Source of the DNA: Macrostomum lignano
Lineage: Eukaryota
Direction: 5' to 3'
DNA: 64,000 nt
NCBI GenBank assembly: GCA_002269645.1
Contig: NIVC01000303.1
Span: 62,001-126,000, forward strand
This document shows, piece after piece, positions 1-11,741 of the stretch. Position numbers and translations under genes: made by a program. Every line of letters begins with the position of its first letter. Position 1 is the stretch's first letter. Below the pieces are notes generated by a model that was not told where the DNA came from, ran no database searches, and saw only the letters and a list, made by a program, of their open reading frames with translations.

Positions 1-180
1 TAGTAAGAGTTCCGAGAAAATAAGAATTGAAGAAGTGTTTTCTGTGTTAATTCCTTTTACGAAGTAAGAGTGAAATAGAAGCGTATACAGTACATACTAT
101 TGAGAAGCAGCAGTATTGAGTAGTAAGAGAATACAAAGTAGATCTGAAGTGATACATGTAAGATAACCAGAGGCTGTGAC

Positions 181-352
181 CATACATGCGCAACCTTGGG
201 AATCACTCGGCCGTTTCTATTGGCAACACACACATGTAAGTCACTATTAGCTGAGAGCAGTCACGTGACTACTATTCTGTCCAATAGCGACTTTCATGTG
301 TGTGTTGCCAATAGAAACGGCCGGGTGAATCCCTAGGTTGCGCCCAAGCATG
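181..352. mobile_element. hAT-type MITE (hairpin, 172 bp)
   Basis: Begins CATACATGCGCAAC, ends ...GTTGCGCCCAAGCATG, with long internal inverted arms. An 8-bp TSD GCTGTGAC lies at 173-180 and 353-360. Same TIR start as the element at 58066. Confidence 0.8.
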
Positions 353-624
353 GCTGTGACCCTCTGATATCGGTAACGCCCAAGGACTTGCACAGTACAT
401 GTAATACATATACCAGTATAGCCAATAGACTACTCAGGCCAAAAGTACAGTAAACGCTATCGGAATCAGAATAAATGCTACCAGCATAACAGAGGAATAA
501 AATCTATAAGGGCTAACAGTTTTCTAAGAATAATACTCAGACTAAATACTCAGACTAAATACTCAGACCTATTCTAAGAAATATTCTTAGACTTATTCTA
601 AGATTAATAAACTCATAATTTATT

Positions 625-965
625 AATAGAATAGTCTTGGTGGCAGCTACCAACATTTATAAAGACAGAAGATTAGCCCTTTGACAACTTGGTGGCAGTG
701 AGTAAGACTAGAAAAAGAATAATTAAGAGCCCTGGGACAGCTTTTGGTGGCATTTAGTGGGATTAAAATTAATAAAGCAGGAGGTAAAAGCACTGTTACA
801 GCTTTTGGTGGCTGATCGGAGGGATTTTGTATCGCACAGGAACACCACTATTACAATTTGGTACCAGCAGTGGGATAGCTAAAGAGGGAAACAAACCCCC
901 TGTTACAACTTTAGTACCAGCGGTGGGATAAGTGACTAGGCAAGGGCTAACAATTAGGAAGACAG
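625..965 (+). repeat. Array of 6 (possibly 7) LTR-end/PBS-like units with unique spacers
   Basis: TGGTGGC/TGGTACCAG motifs start at 638, 690, 745, 806, 859 and 912 (TAG variant), with a period of 52-61 bp. Five are preceded by (T/G)ACA plus a 3-5 nt linker, and four end in GGGAT. Confidence 0.7.
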
Positions 966-2772
966 AGTGAACAGGCCTATCACAAAAGGTTTATTTCTTT
1001 TTCATTTGCATTTGTTTTAGTTTTTTTATTTTTTTTCATTTTTAGAAGCACATTTGGAAATATTTAAATTTTTTTTCAAATCTAAAACATCCATATTTAC
1101 AAAAAAGTGAGACATTTTTTGGATTCAGATTCTGAATCCAAATATTTGGATTCATCACTAACCTAAAATATTGATAAATTAAAGGCCTAAATTTCCATGT
1201 TTACTGAATATTGCACTATATATAAACTTAGAGCATTTATGGTTCCTATCTAGTTTATATATGTTTGAGTTATACAAATCCATATTTAGAAATTTTACAA
1301 ATCATTAGATTAATATTCATAAGGATTCTAACAAAATAAAAACCTATATTCAATCTAGAAGAAATGGAAGTGCTAATATGTTGCAACAAAAGTTGGAATA
1401 AGAAAAATAAATTTGTTGGACCACTTAACTCATTCCCAAAAGGATTGCAGTTGCCTGTGAATATGATAAAAGAATGTGATACAAGGTAGTAAAAGAATAT
1501 ATATATTCAGAATATTCAAACATAAATTAATTCAACTAAATATTCTGGTTAAATTAAAATTGGAAAATTGATCATCTAAATACTAAATAGTTGCTTTTAT
1601 ATGGAGCAAAGATTTGGAAAAAAAGAGTTGAGTATTAGTGTTGTGGCTCATAAATAAAGGGAAAAAATTAAAAATGGGACAATATAAGACACATCTTGAG
1701 GAAAGGCATAAGTGCTTGAGCAGTCATTAATCATGTTATGCTCAGATTTGAGGCTTTAGAAGAAATGGAACATTAAGAATCAAGTTTATAGAACATGGAT
1801 TTAGAGGCCCTAATTCCCACAAACTCATAGAGATAGGGTTGGCATTTAGTCTGGGTGCATTTCATTGAACAACAACTAAAGATATAGGCTTATTGGTTAA
1901 GGGCCAAACTTTGAAAATGTTATTTAAACCAAAAATTTTGGCATCCATTTGATTTGGTATGTATTATATACATTTGGTTCTAGAATACATTCTGGCATAT
2001 GGAAGGACATATAGGTCAAGGGCTGCTAAAGATATATTACTAACTAAAATATTTATATTTAATATTATTCTATATTCAAATTGGTTCTATTAGGTATTCA
2101 AGTCAACCTGAATTGGTTAAAATTTTCATTTAGTCTCATTTTTAACTGAGCTATATTTTGCAGCACCTAAGATATCATTTTAATGCTAAGGTAGGGGCCT
2201 ATGCTAGGCCTATGCATATAAAATAAAGCCAAGAGAAGCCATTTAAAAACAAGCATATATTATTGGGCTTCTACAATCAAAACAATTTTAGTCAATAGTA
2301 AACTAATGTTGCAATCTTCAAATTGATGTTTTTACTTTTAATAGACCTAAAATTAAATAAAACAACTTAAAAGCCTTGGTCTATTCCATAGTTTGGATTG
2401 TGTATTAGTATATTTTGGGTCTAATGGGAGAAACTTGTTTGTACATCAGGACTAAAAAATGTTTTTATTATGTATGCCAAAGTTGTACACTTTTTTAGTC
2501 TTGAATTCATTTTGCACTTTTGCAATGTTTATGGAGAGAAGACAATTATAAAAGAAATACTTTTTATTTGCTGAAAATTTAAGAAAAAAAAGTTTTTAGG
2601 GCAGAAAGTTTCAAATTGTTTTTATCATTCTTTGTTCCATGTTGAAAAATTGCAAGTACCCTTGCCAAATCCTGCATACATGTTGCCTTTCAAACTATGA
2701 GGTCTATTCATTTCAATGCCAAATATTTGTGTAGATAGTAGAAGATAAGTATTTGCTAAAAAGATGGTTGAA

Positions 2773-4467
2773 GCCATAGTCAAGGTCATGGCATGCCTGC
2801 ACCAGAATAAATCCTACAAAAAAAGTGTGCTTGCACCATGTACCAGAACTATTCTTATCAAATAAGTTTGCTTATACCATGTGCTAGAACTTTTTGTGCA
2901 AAAATACTAGTAAAACTTGAATTTACATTTGTTTCATAGAAAGTACAATGTTAACATATTTCGATTAAAAAAGCTGTTTGCAATCTTCAAGAATCATTCA
3001 CTAAACTTGGATTTATGCAAAATTTGTACTAAAACATGCTGGGAAATATGGAAACAATGTCTATAAGACAAAAAGCTACATAATCAAGACAGAAAGCAAG
3101 GAAATAGAAAAATAAAAAATGCACCACTGCAGTGTTTGTCTAGCTGGCAATAGCATTATGCACCTTCAATATCAAGCAGGTGATCAATATATCAATGGCT
3201 TCACCTGGGATTTCAAGGATTGTTGGTTGCAGATTTTGATCTGCAAGGACTTATTCTTTGAGGCATTAAAGCTCAGCCTAGTGCAGCTAATCCAGCTCAT
3301 CTACTAGTGGTCAATTGAGATAAAGCAAGGAGAAGCTGCTCACTAGGTACAGACAAGCCCACAAACACTTGTTGATTATCATAATTTTATTAGGGACATC
3401 TATGCCCAAGTACTCATTGACTATCTAATTGAACTAGGAGGCCTTGGTTAAGAGGTCAAAATAGATATCTTATTTTTTGCACCAAAATTTTTATTAAGGT
3501 GCATACTAGCCTGGCCAATAGGTGCTAGGAATGGTAGAACATGGCATTTAGAAATGCATGATAGTGCCAGTTGAGGATAGAATTGCAACAACTTTGCTGC
3601 TAATTATCACATGGCATAATCTTCTGGGCACTTGCATCTTGACTAATAGCTGGCAAGTGTACAACCAGCTGCCTAACCATGGTGTTATGAACCATCAACT
3701 GCATTTTATGAACCTACAAGATGCAACAATGTATACAAATCTTATTGAAAGCACATGGGCTCATGCCAAAGCTTGCTTCTGTACTATACAAGGCATGAAT
3801 GCTGTACTCTTTGAGTTGCATCTTAAAGAATTCCTTTGACATAAGATGTACTTACAAAATGTATTTAGCAGTATCATATATTGGATTGGGCACTATTACC
3901 CTTGAAATGGACTTTTTAAATGCAAGCAACTAACTAAAAAGATCAACCTCTTTGTTCATAGTTATTTAGTTTGTTTCTAGTTATATTTTGTCATTGGAAA
4001 TTTAAATTTTCCTACAAAATTGAATTTAGCAAACAAGAAATTCTTGAAGATTGTCAAAGCTATTAATATATCAAAGAACAAAAAATGCTAATTTTCTATC
4101 TGCAAAAATATAGTCTTATCAAAAGTTTTTGTCTTGAGTGAAATTGCATCAGTTTTTTGTTTTCTATTCTTTTCCTTACCTGTTGTTGCATTGGAATGTG
4201 CTAGCACAATACATGTTCAACATGCAATTCAAGGCAATTCAAAGTTAATTTTAAAATTTTGACAATAAATTAGATTTTCAAATAATATACTAGAATTGTC
4301 TATAGTTATTAGCAAAAAATATACCTAAATCAATAATATATAAAACTATTTTGTTTTATTAAGATTCAAGAATGCCAAATATACATGCTAAATATGCATT
4401 CCAATGAACTATAAAGGGCTAATGCATAAAAAATACTAGTATATAGGATACCTTCTTGACTATGGCC
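2773..4467 (+). mobile_element. Decayed Merlin (IS1016/IS1595-like) DNA transposon
   Basis: Inverted termini GCCATAGTCAAG (2773) and CTTGACTATGGC (4455-4466) bracket a transposase relic. No clean TSD seen. Confidence 0.7.
3400..3839 (+). pseudogene. Merlin DDE transposase (DDE_Tnp_IS1595/ISXO2-like) pseudogene
   Basis: Motifs GG.G.EV.ID, VPVEDR.ATTLL.II, YNQL..HG...NH and TNLIESTWAHAK...LFELHLKEFL match the Merlin catalytic domain; stops and frameshifts are present. Confidence 0.75.
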
Positions 4468-5164
4468 ATGACTAAGATTTCAGTATTTGCTCCATAGCAC
4501 CACACTCTAAATCATATAGTATATGCCCAAAAATTCAGGTATACATTGACCTTGCATGCCAAAAGTTAGAGTTAGACATGCATAGTTGGCATGCATTACT
4601 CTTAAGAACTAGTATATATGCCAGGGTCAAGATTGTGTACCGCTATATGCTGGAACGAAAATTACTTCTGTAGCTCATGCATGCCAATGTACACCAATGA
4701 ACTTTTAATTGCATACAAAAATATGCCAAAAAAATTACAAATTACAACTAATATTAAAAGCTTGCAAAATTTTAATATTCAAACAACTTATATGTTAAAC
4801 TGAAAATCTTTTCACTAAACTATATAGAGAACTAGTTCATTTTAACTATTTTTGTTTTACTTTTACTTTCTTAGAAAAGTTAAACATGGTTTTTTTCATT
4901 TAGTTTTCTGTTTTTTTCATAAAGGGCCAAACTATTCTTTCTGATCAAAATTTAGCTATTGTAACTATGTACATTTTTTTATGCTAATTATGTAGATTGA
5001 TTGTTGGGACTTTGAACTTTAAGTCCCACCTGCTGGTCTCGGCAATCTCTATATGCCAAGCTGTATGCCAAGAGGGCATGCCAGGCCCCTTTGTATGCCA
5101 ATGGTGTAATCTAGGTCCCTTTGTACACTAGAAAATTTTGGCATACATGTATACTATCCGGAGT

Positions 5165-6105
5165 CCCATAGTCAGGAAGATGATATTTTACTCAGAAAAT
5201 TCCGGCGTACACAGGGAATTTTTGGGCCAATTTTGGCATACACGGCGTACCACAGTTTAGAGAAAGTACCCCATGGCATGTAATGGCATACCACGACACA
5301 CACAATTGTAAGCCGCACCACCGTGGGCATAGGGCCTTGCCCTGTCTGCCTACCCACAATATCCTGAATCCTGATACATAAAATTTATTTTTTAAAAACT
5401 GTTTTTTAAAACTGAAAAAGAAAGAAAAAGTGTTTTTTTCTAGTACTAATTTTCTTCTGTTAAAGTCATTGAAATTTCAACACAAATGAAAACTTTGCTA
5501 AAGTTTGACTTTTACATTATTTTAAACTTCCGTTATTATTTAATGGATTATTATTGAATCTTCCGTTCACATGAACTGCTACTATAAGAATTTATTGTAA
5601 ATTAAAGAAAGGTAAACAGCTAGGCAGTGGCTCTTATTATATTTGGTTAAAAGACAGCGGAGTATGAAGTAAGGAGAAGAAGGTACAGATTATCCATAGT
5701 TGGCATTGTTTATTTATAGCCATCAGGAGCATCGCCAGAAACTTCTAGAATATTCTGAGCATTATAACAAAACAAATATTAACTATTGATTCCTATTATA
5801 TTTGCATTAATTGTAGTACTGCCTTACTGTAATAAATTATACATTGAATATTTATAAATGCGAGTATTAAAATTAGTTACTGTAAGAAAAAATTTCGAGA
5901 ATTTAATTAGTACTCTATGGGGAAATTTCTAGAAATAAATAATTCATATTTAATGCATCAAACTTTCGCGAAGGTCACTATACCACTCCTACCCCCCCCG
6001 GTCCATCGGCGTACCACCGGGTTCCAATCTTGGCATACATGGTGTACCAATTTTTTTTACAGACTTTTTTTCCGGCATACCCATGCCATGATCCTGACTA
6101 TGGCC
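5165..6105 (-). mobile_element. Non-autonomous Merlin-family element (MITE)
   Basis: Termini CCATAGTCAGGA / TCCTGACTATGG. The right end (reverse complement GGCCATAGTCAGGATCATGGCATG) matches the left end of the 2773 Merlin relic, and the left end matches its right end. Confidence 0.6.
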
Positions 6106-6900
6106 AAAGTCTAGTTGCATACCTGACACCTGGTATGCATTTTATATAATCAAGTAGGGTGAAATAGAAGGTTATGTAAAGTAAAAAAATAAAGAGTTCA
6201 ATCAATTTTAAGCATAAAATTTAAGCTTTCCAGTTTTTAAATTCATAATAAAGCATTTAAACAAATGTTTCTGCATATTGATTTTTTATTTTAAATAATA
6301 TAGATAAGAAAGAAATAATAAGCCAAAAATTAGTTATCAAAAGTTATCAGCAAAAAAGGTCCTTTATAGTCATTTACTGTTAAAATGCAAAAATGTCATT
6401 TATTGTTGCAACACTGGCCTAGATTTGAAGAGTGTGGGTATGCACTCAATTTTTTATATGCATTTATAACTAGGCCTAATCTATTCTTGTTTGGATATGC
6501 ACCTAGCATGATCTAGATTATGGCTGCAGAAATTATTTGCCACATCTACTGCTTGTTGCATTGGTTATGTGCTTGTTAATCACATAAATTTTAGTGGCAT
6601 ACAATTACTTGAACACTAAATTGGTGTCAGGGTTTTTTTTTGTGCGCAGAGTGTGCGTATGCACCCTAAATTTTAAAATCGCACCCTGAAATTAAAAAAG
6701 TAGGTGCGGTTTAGGTGCGGTCTTATAACCATTTTTCTTTGAAGGCTTAACCATGCTTAAGCTATTTTTTATGCACTGCCTTAAAATATGAAACAAAATA
6801 ACTCTTTAAATCCTATTAAGTCATATAGGCGATATAGCCTATAGCTATAGCCTTATGTAAGATATTAAAATATACATTCCCAGTTGTCTGAAATGTGAGC

Positions 6901-9389
6901 AATGTGAGGGTTTCACGAGAGATATTCAGACAAAGGCTCCCTAAAACACGCCTCGCACCGGGCCCCGAACTGCTACACATTATAACATTTTTTGTCAATG
7001 CAGTATTTGATTGCAAGGAAAAGTTAAAATAGTAATGGAATAAATATCCTTATTTATTTTTTTAAATATTATTATTTTTTATATTCTCGTTTTCATTATT
7101 AAATTATAATATTATTATTTTATTAATATTATTATTAATATCACTTATTGTTCACCGAATTTTATATTTCAAAGTAAAAAAAACTAAATTTAATAAAAAC
7201 TTGAAGCTTAACAGAAAACGCATTCTGAAGTGTCTTTAGTTATAGTCCAATTTGTTTTAATGTGTAGCGCTGCAGGGCGGTGCGGGGCATGTTTTAGGGA
7301 GACCCATTCAGACAGACATTCAAAATGATTGTCTGTAACTTCAAACAAAATTGACCCGCTTCAACCATCTTTTTGGCAAATACTTACGCAAGTGTTGGGC
7401 GTCGAATAAGCTTTAATTTATTAACTGAAGTAAAAATCCTTCTGACATACATTGATTTAAAAATTGCTTAGCAACACTAGCTCTGATTAGAAATCGCTTT
7501 ACTGTTGACTAAAATTGTTTTGATCGTAGCAGCCTAAAAGCAGATACTGGATTTAAAAATGCTTCGATTTACTCTATACGCATGTCTCAGCTTTAAAATG
7601 ACACCTCAGGCGTCGCAAAAGACAGCTTTGATGCTGAGATATTCGACACTAAACATGCATTGCTTTGCGCAATCTCACATTCAGAAATTTCACTGATTTT
7701 TTGTCGATATTTGTGCAGTTGCCATGTCCTTGTTTTTCATCAGAATCTTGTCAAATTCTAGTCATGTCTATACGCATGTCTCAGCTTTAAAATGACACCT
7801 CAGGCATTGCAAAAGACAGCTTTGATGCTGAGATATTCGACACTAAACATTGCTTTGCTCAAACTCACATTCGGAAACTTCACTGATTTTTATTCAATAT
7901 TTGTTCAGATGCTTGTCTACTTCTCCATTTATTAACCATCGCATGGAGCCTTGCTAACGTACAAGTGTATGTAGTTACAGTAAATGGGGTTTTTGTGACT
8001 CACTTAAACTTGTTTACGCATTCTGCAGCTATTTGCCGCCTTTCATTGGAGTGATTCATGGAGTCCAGTTGATAAATTTCCACAAATTGGACTGCTTCTA
8101 CGTCAGATCTCAACATTTGGAACCGTCCTTGAACTATTTCAGAGTTAAGTGAGCTAATGGCATCAAATGGAAGGCTAGTGCTCGTACTTGTAAGCAAAGC
8201 AGGTTCACAATTGAAATGGTTGTATTCATGGCCATGGGATCTAAACTGATCTGTTTTACTTTCACGATCGCTTTGGTCTCAGAAGGAGCAGCAGTTGATG
8301 GACTGAGGTGAGAAGAAGATGTGTCACGACTTGAGCTGTTTTTAGAAAATATCTTTATCCAATTAAATATTTTCATGCGGCTCCTTAGGTCGTTCCGAAT
8401 TCCGAGTCTAGAAGTCAAGACAGAAAAAAAGTTAAGAACTGCTACTGTAGTCCGTAGGGATTGGAAAGCTTAGCAGTACATTAGAAATCGCCTGTTCAAT
8501 CTAAAAAGTTTGAAGTACATATAGCTATTGGGTTGCAACAACAGTAGAAAAAATTCTTCCTTTTTATTTTATTCCCACCGCTTACCTCATTCCGATTTGG
8601 ATAGCAGAATTGCCACGCAAAAAAAGTAAAAACATAACAATAAACTATTTGCTTCATATTAATTGCCACTGACTGTTAATAAACGCGACGTCAATTTCTC
8701 TCAATAACAGTTGGAACATGTTTCTCGTACACTCGTATATTTATTTGAACCGCAAAGCGGTGAAAAAGTCATGATTGGTTGCCATATGTACAAATGTACA
8801 CTCACAGACTCACTGACTCAGGTACAATCTATGCAATATAAAGGCAGGAATCATTAAAAATCAAATACTTAAGACAGTTTAAGAGAAGTCCAGGTTTAAA
8901 CTGGACATGACTAGAATTTGACAAGTTTCTGATGAAAAACAAGGACACGGCAACTGCACAAATATCGACAAAAAATCAGTGAAATTTCTAAATGTGAGAT
9001 TGCGCAAAGCAATGCATGTTTAGTGTCGAATATCTCAGCATCAAAGCTGTCTTTTGCGACGCCTGAGGTGTCATTTTAAAGCTGAGACATGCGTATAGAG
9101 TAAATCGAAGCATTTTTAAATCCAGTATCTGCTTTTAGGCTGCTATGATCAAAACAATTTTAGTCAACAGTAAAGCGATTTCTAATCAGAGCTAGTGTTG
9201 CTAAGCAATTTTTAAATCAATGTATGTCAGAAGGATTTTTACTTCAGTTAATAAATTAAAGCTTATTCGACGCCCAACACTTGCGTAAGTATTTGCCAAA
9301 AAGATGGTTGAAGCGGGTCAATTTTGTTTAAAGTTACAGATGATCGTTTCGAATGTCTGTCTGAATATCTCTCGTGAAACCCTCACATT
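6901..9389. mobile_element. Foldback element with ~490-bp terminal inverted repeats
   Basis: 6901-6932 plus 7315-7768 is the reverse complement of ~8905-9389 with few mismatches. Superfamily not determined. Confidence 0.75.
6933..7305. mobile_element. MITE inserted in the left arm of the foldback element
   Basis: ~45-bp imperfect TIRs (CTCCCTAAAACA core) and a 9-bp TSD ATTCAGACA at 6924-6932 and 7306-7314 (MULE/Merlin-type TSD length). Confidence 0.8.
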
Positions 9390-11097
9390 CTAAACAAGAC
9401 TCAAGAGAAATTGCACTCTGAGCCTTAAAATCGCACCTTGAAATTTGGCACAAGGTGCGATTTCGCACCTTATCTCTGGCGAAAAAAAAACCCAGATTGG
9501 TGTATTTACTGGCATACTCTTTACTAGATAGCCAAATGATGAAAATAATTTAGCATAAAGCATAAACTGGATAATAGCCAAATTTCACTCATACAAACGT
9601 TCCCGTTTTCAACAAAAACTTTAATAAATATGACTAAAATTGGATCTGGATCTATGTAGCAGGCCTAATCAGCCTGATCATGAAAATTGCTTACATCGTC
9701 CTCCATGGTAATTAGCTGGCATACTAAAAAAGGTAATTTAGAAAGATAGAAAGTACTTATGTTATTCGCAATAAATTTTTGGAATAATAGGTGGAATATG
9801 AATTTAAGTTGTGATTATGATTACATTGCAAGCAAGAAAATAATTATTAGTGATGGAGAAACCTCAAGTCTGTGTATAAATCGATACGTGAAAAAAGATG
9901 TTTTTAAATTTGTGCACAAAAAGTAGAAACAATTGTTTTTTATAACAAATGCACTACACAATCAGACCAAAAGTAATAAGTGGTAATATTTATTATCAAT
10001 GCTTCGAAAAAAGGATTATATTTATTTCGGAGACACTGTAAGGTATAGCTGAAGAGCGTGCTGTTTTAATAGATGACTTTCGTTTAATTCGCTCAATACA
10101 TTAACAAAAAGACCCTTAATATTGAGCTTTGTCCCGTCAGATTTTAGAGATATTATAAAGAAGACAAAGAAGGAACAAAAAAATTTGTAGGCAGCAAAAC
10201 ATTATGTGACGAACCTAATTATTTATGTACATGTAATTATAAATAAAAGTAACGTGCACCCTGGCTAATTTTACTATCCTTTTATATATGTACACGCATA
10301 ATTGCTACACTTTGTACCTGAAGTAACTGAGTTCTTAGCTATTTTCTTTTCGATCTTAAGTAACAGAAAAATACAAAAACCCTTTACAGATCAGAGTTCT
10401 AGCCTGACTGATGCATGTAGAGCTCGCGAGCTACAGGTACACGTATTCCTCATAGAAATTTCTTGAGGCTATCCAGGAAAGTCCTTTACATACTGATAAA
10501 GGCACGTCCTGGCACCCCCACTAATTTTTGGGCACTCTTCCTTCCTCCCTGTGATTCCTGCCATTCCAGATCCGCCATCATTAACTAAGTAAATTGCACA
10601 TCTCCACACTGACTTCTGAAAGCGTGTACATGTACTACAAGACAAAAAGGATGGTTTTGAGATGGCGAGAGTGATGCAGGTGAAGAATTCGAACGTGTGA
10701 AGTGCAAATTTTGATATTTTTTAAAAATTATTTACATTAAACTTTGCGACTGGATGGGACGTCGTTACACGTTTGAAAAGCGGGGGGAGAGAAATACATG
10801 TACTGTCATGTACTTGCGCCGGTTTGCTTCGCGTGATCGGCTCTCATGAAAGATTTATATCGGGTATTGATCTAAAAATTGTTTTTTGTTTGTGAGTACA
10901 TGTACATATTACAAATATAGTTTTTTCTCAGGCTTATTTAAACCAATTTAAGTGACTCACTGATCAGCTTTTTTATTTCAGACCAATAATTATTTTACTG
11001 AAATTACGTGCAGTATTAACACAGCCATGCAGTAGTACATGTAAAAGGAAATTTACTTATTCAGCATATTTGTATTAATTAGATACATGTAAATCTC

Positions 11098-11615
11098 CTT
11101 GGTGATGGCGCCCCTTGGTGCTGGCGCCCCTTGGTGCTGGCGCCCCTTGGTGCTGGCGCCCCTTGGTGCTGGCGCCCCTTGGTGCTGGCGCCCCTTGGTG
11201 CTGGCGCCCCTTGGTGCTGGCGCCCCTTGGTGCTGGCGCCCCTTGGTGCTGGCGCCTTTTGGTGCTGGCGCCCCTTGGTGCTGGCGCCCCTTGGTGCTGG
11301 CGCCCCTTGGTGCTGGCGCCCCTTGGTGCTGGCGCCCCTTGGTGCTGGCGCCCCTTGGTGCTGGCGCCCCTTGGTGCTGGCGCCCCTTGGTGCTGGCGCC
11401 CCTTGGTGCTGGCGCCCCTTGGTGCTGGCGCCCCTTGGTGCTGGCGCCCCTTGGTGCTGGCGCCCCTTGGTGCTGGCGCCCCTTGGTGCTGGCGCCCCTT
11501 GATGCTGGAGCCCCTTGGTGCTTGCGCCCCTTGGTGCTAAAGCCCCTAACTGGTGCTAAAGCCCCTAACTGGTGCTAAAGCCCCTAACTGGTGCTAAAGC
11601 CCCTTGGTGCTGAAG
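11098..11615 (+). repeat. 16-bp satellite (GGTGCTGGCGCCCCTT)n, ~32 units
   Basis: Direct reading; GGTGCTAAAGCCCC variants occur at the right end. The overlapping WRPLVLAPLGAG ORFs are repeat artefacts. Confidence 0.97.
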
Positions 11616-11741
11616 CTCCTTAAAACTGTTTAATGGTTCCAAGTCTAAAATCTCGTTACGCTTTGAACAAAAAGAAGTGCAAAGGGAATTGGAATTCAAG
11701 GTTTCAATTAGCTCGTATATGGATACCAGCGTAATAATTCA

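Larger units (their letters stand above)
6628..9495. mobile_element. Non-autonomous hAT element containing nested insertions
   Basis: TIRs CAGGGTTTTTTTT / AAAAAAAAACCCAG; 8-bp TSD ATTGGTGT at 6620-6627 and 9496-9503; subterminal GCACC/GGTGCG motifs. Confidence 0.85.

Noticed and set aside
1340-2100. Possible hAT-like transposase relic (MIKECDTR* resembling a C.TRW motif near 1470)
   Set aside because: One short motif in heavily decayed AT-rich DNA; no second motif confirmed.
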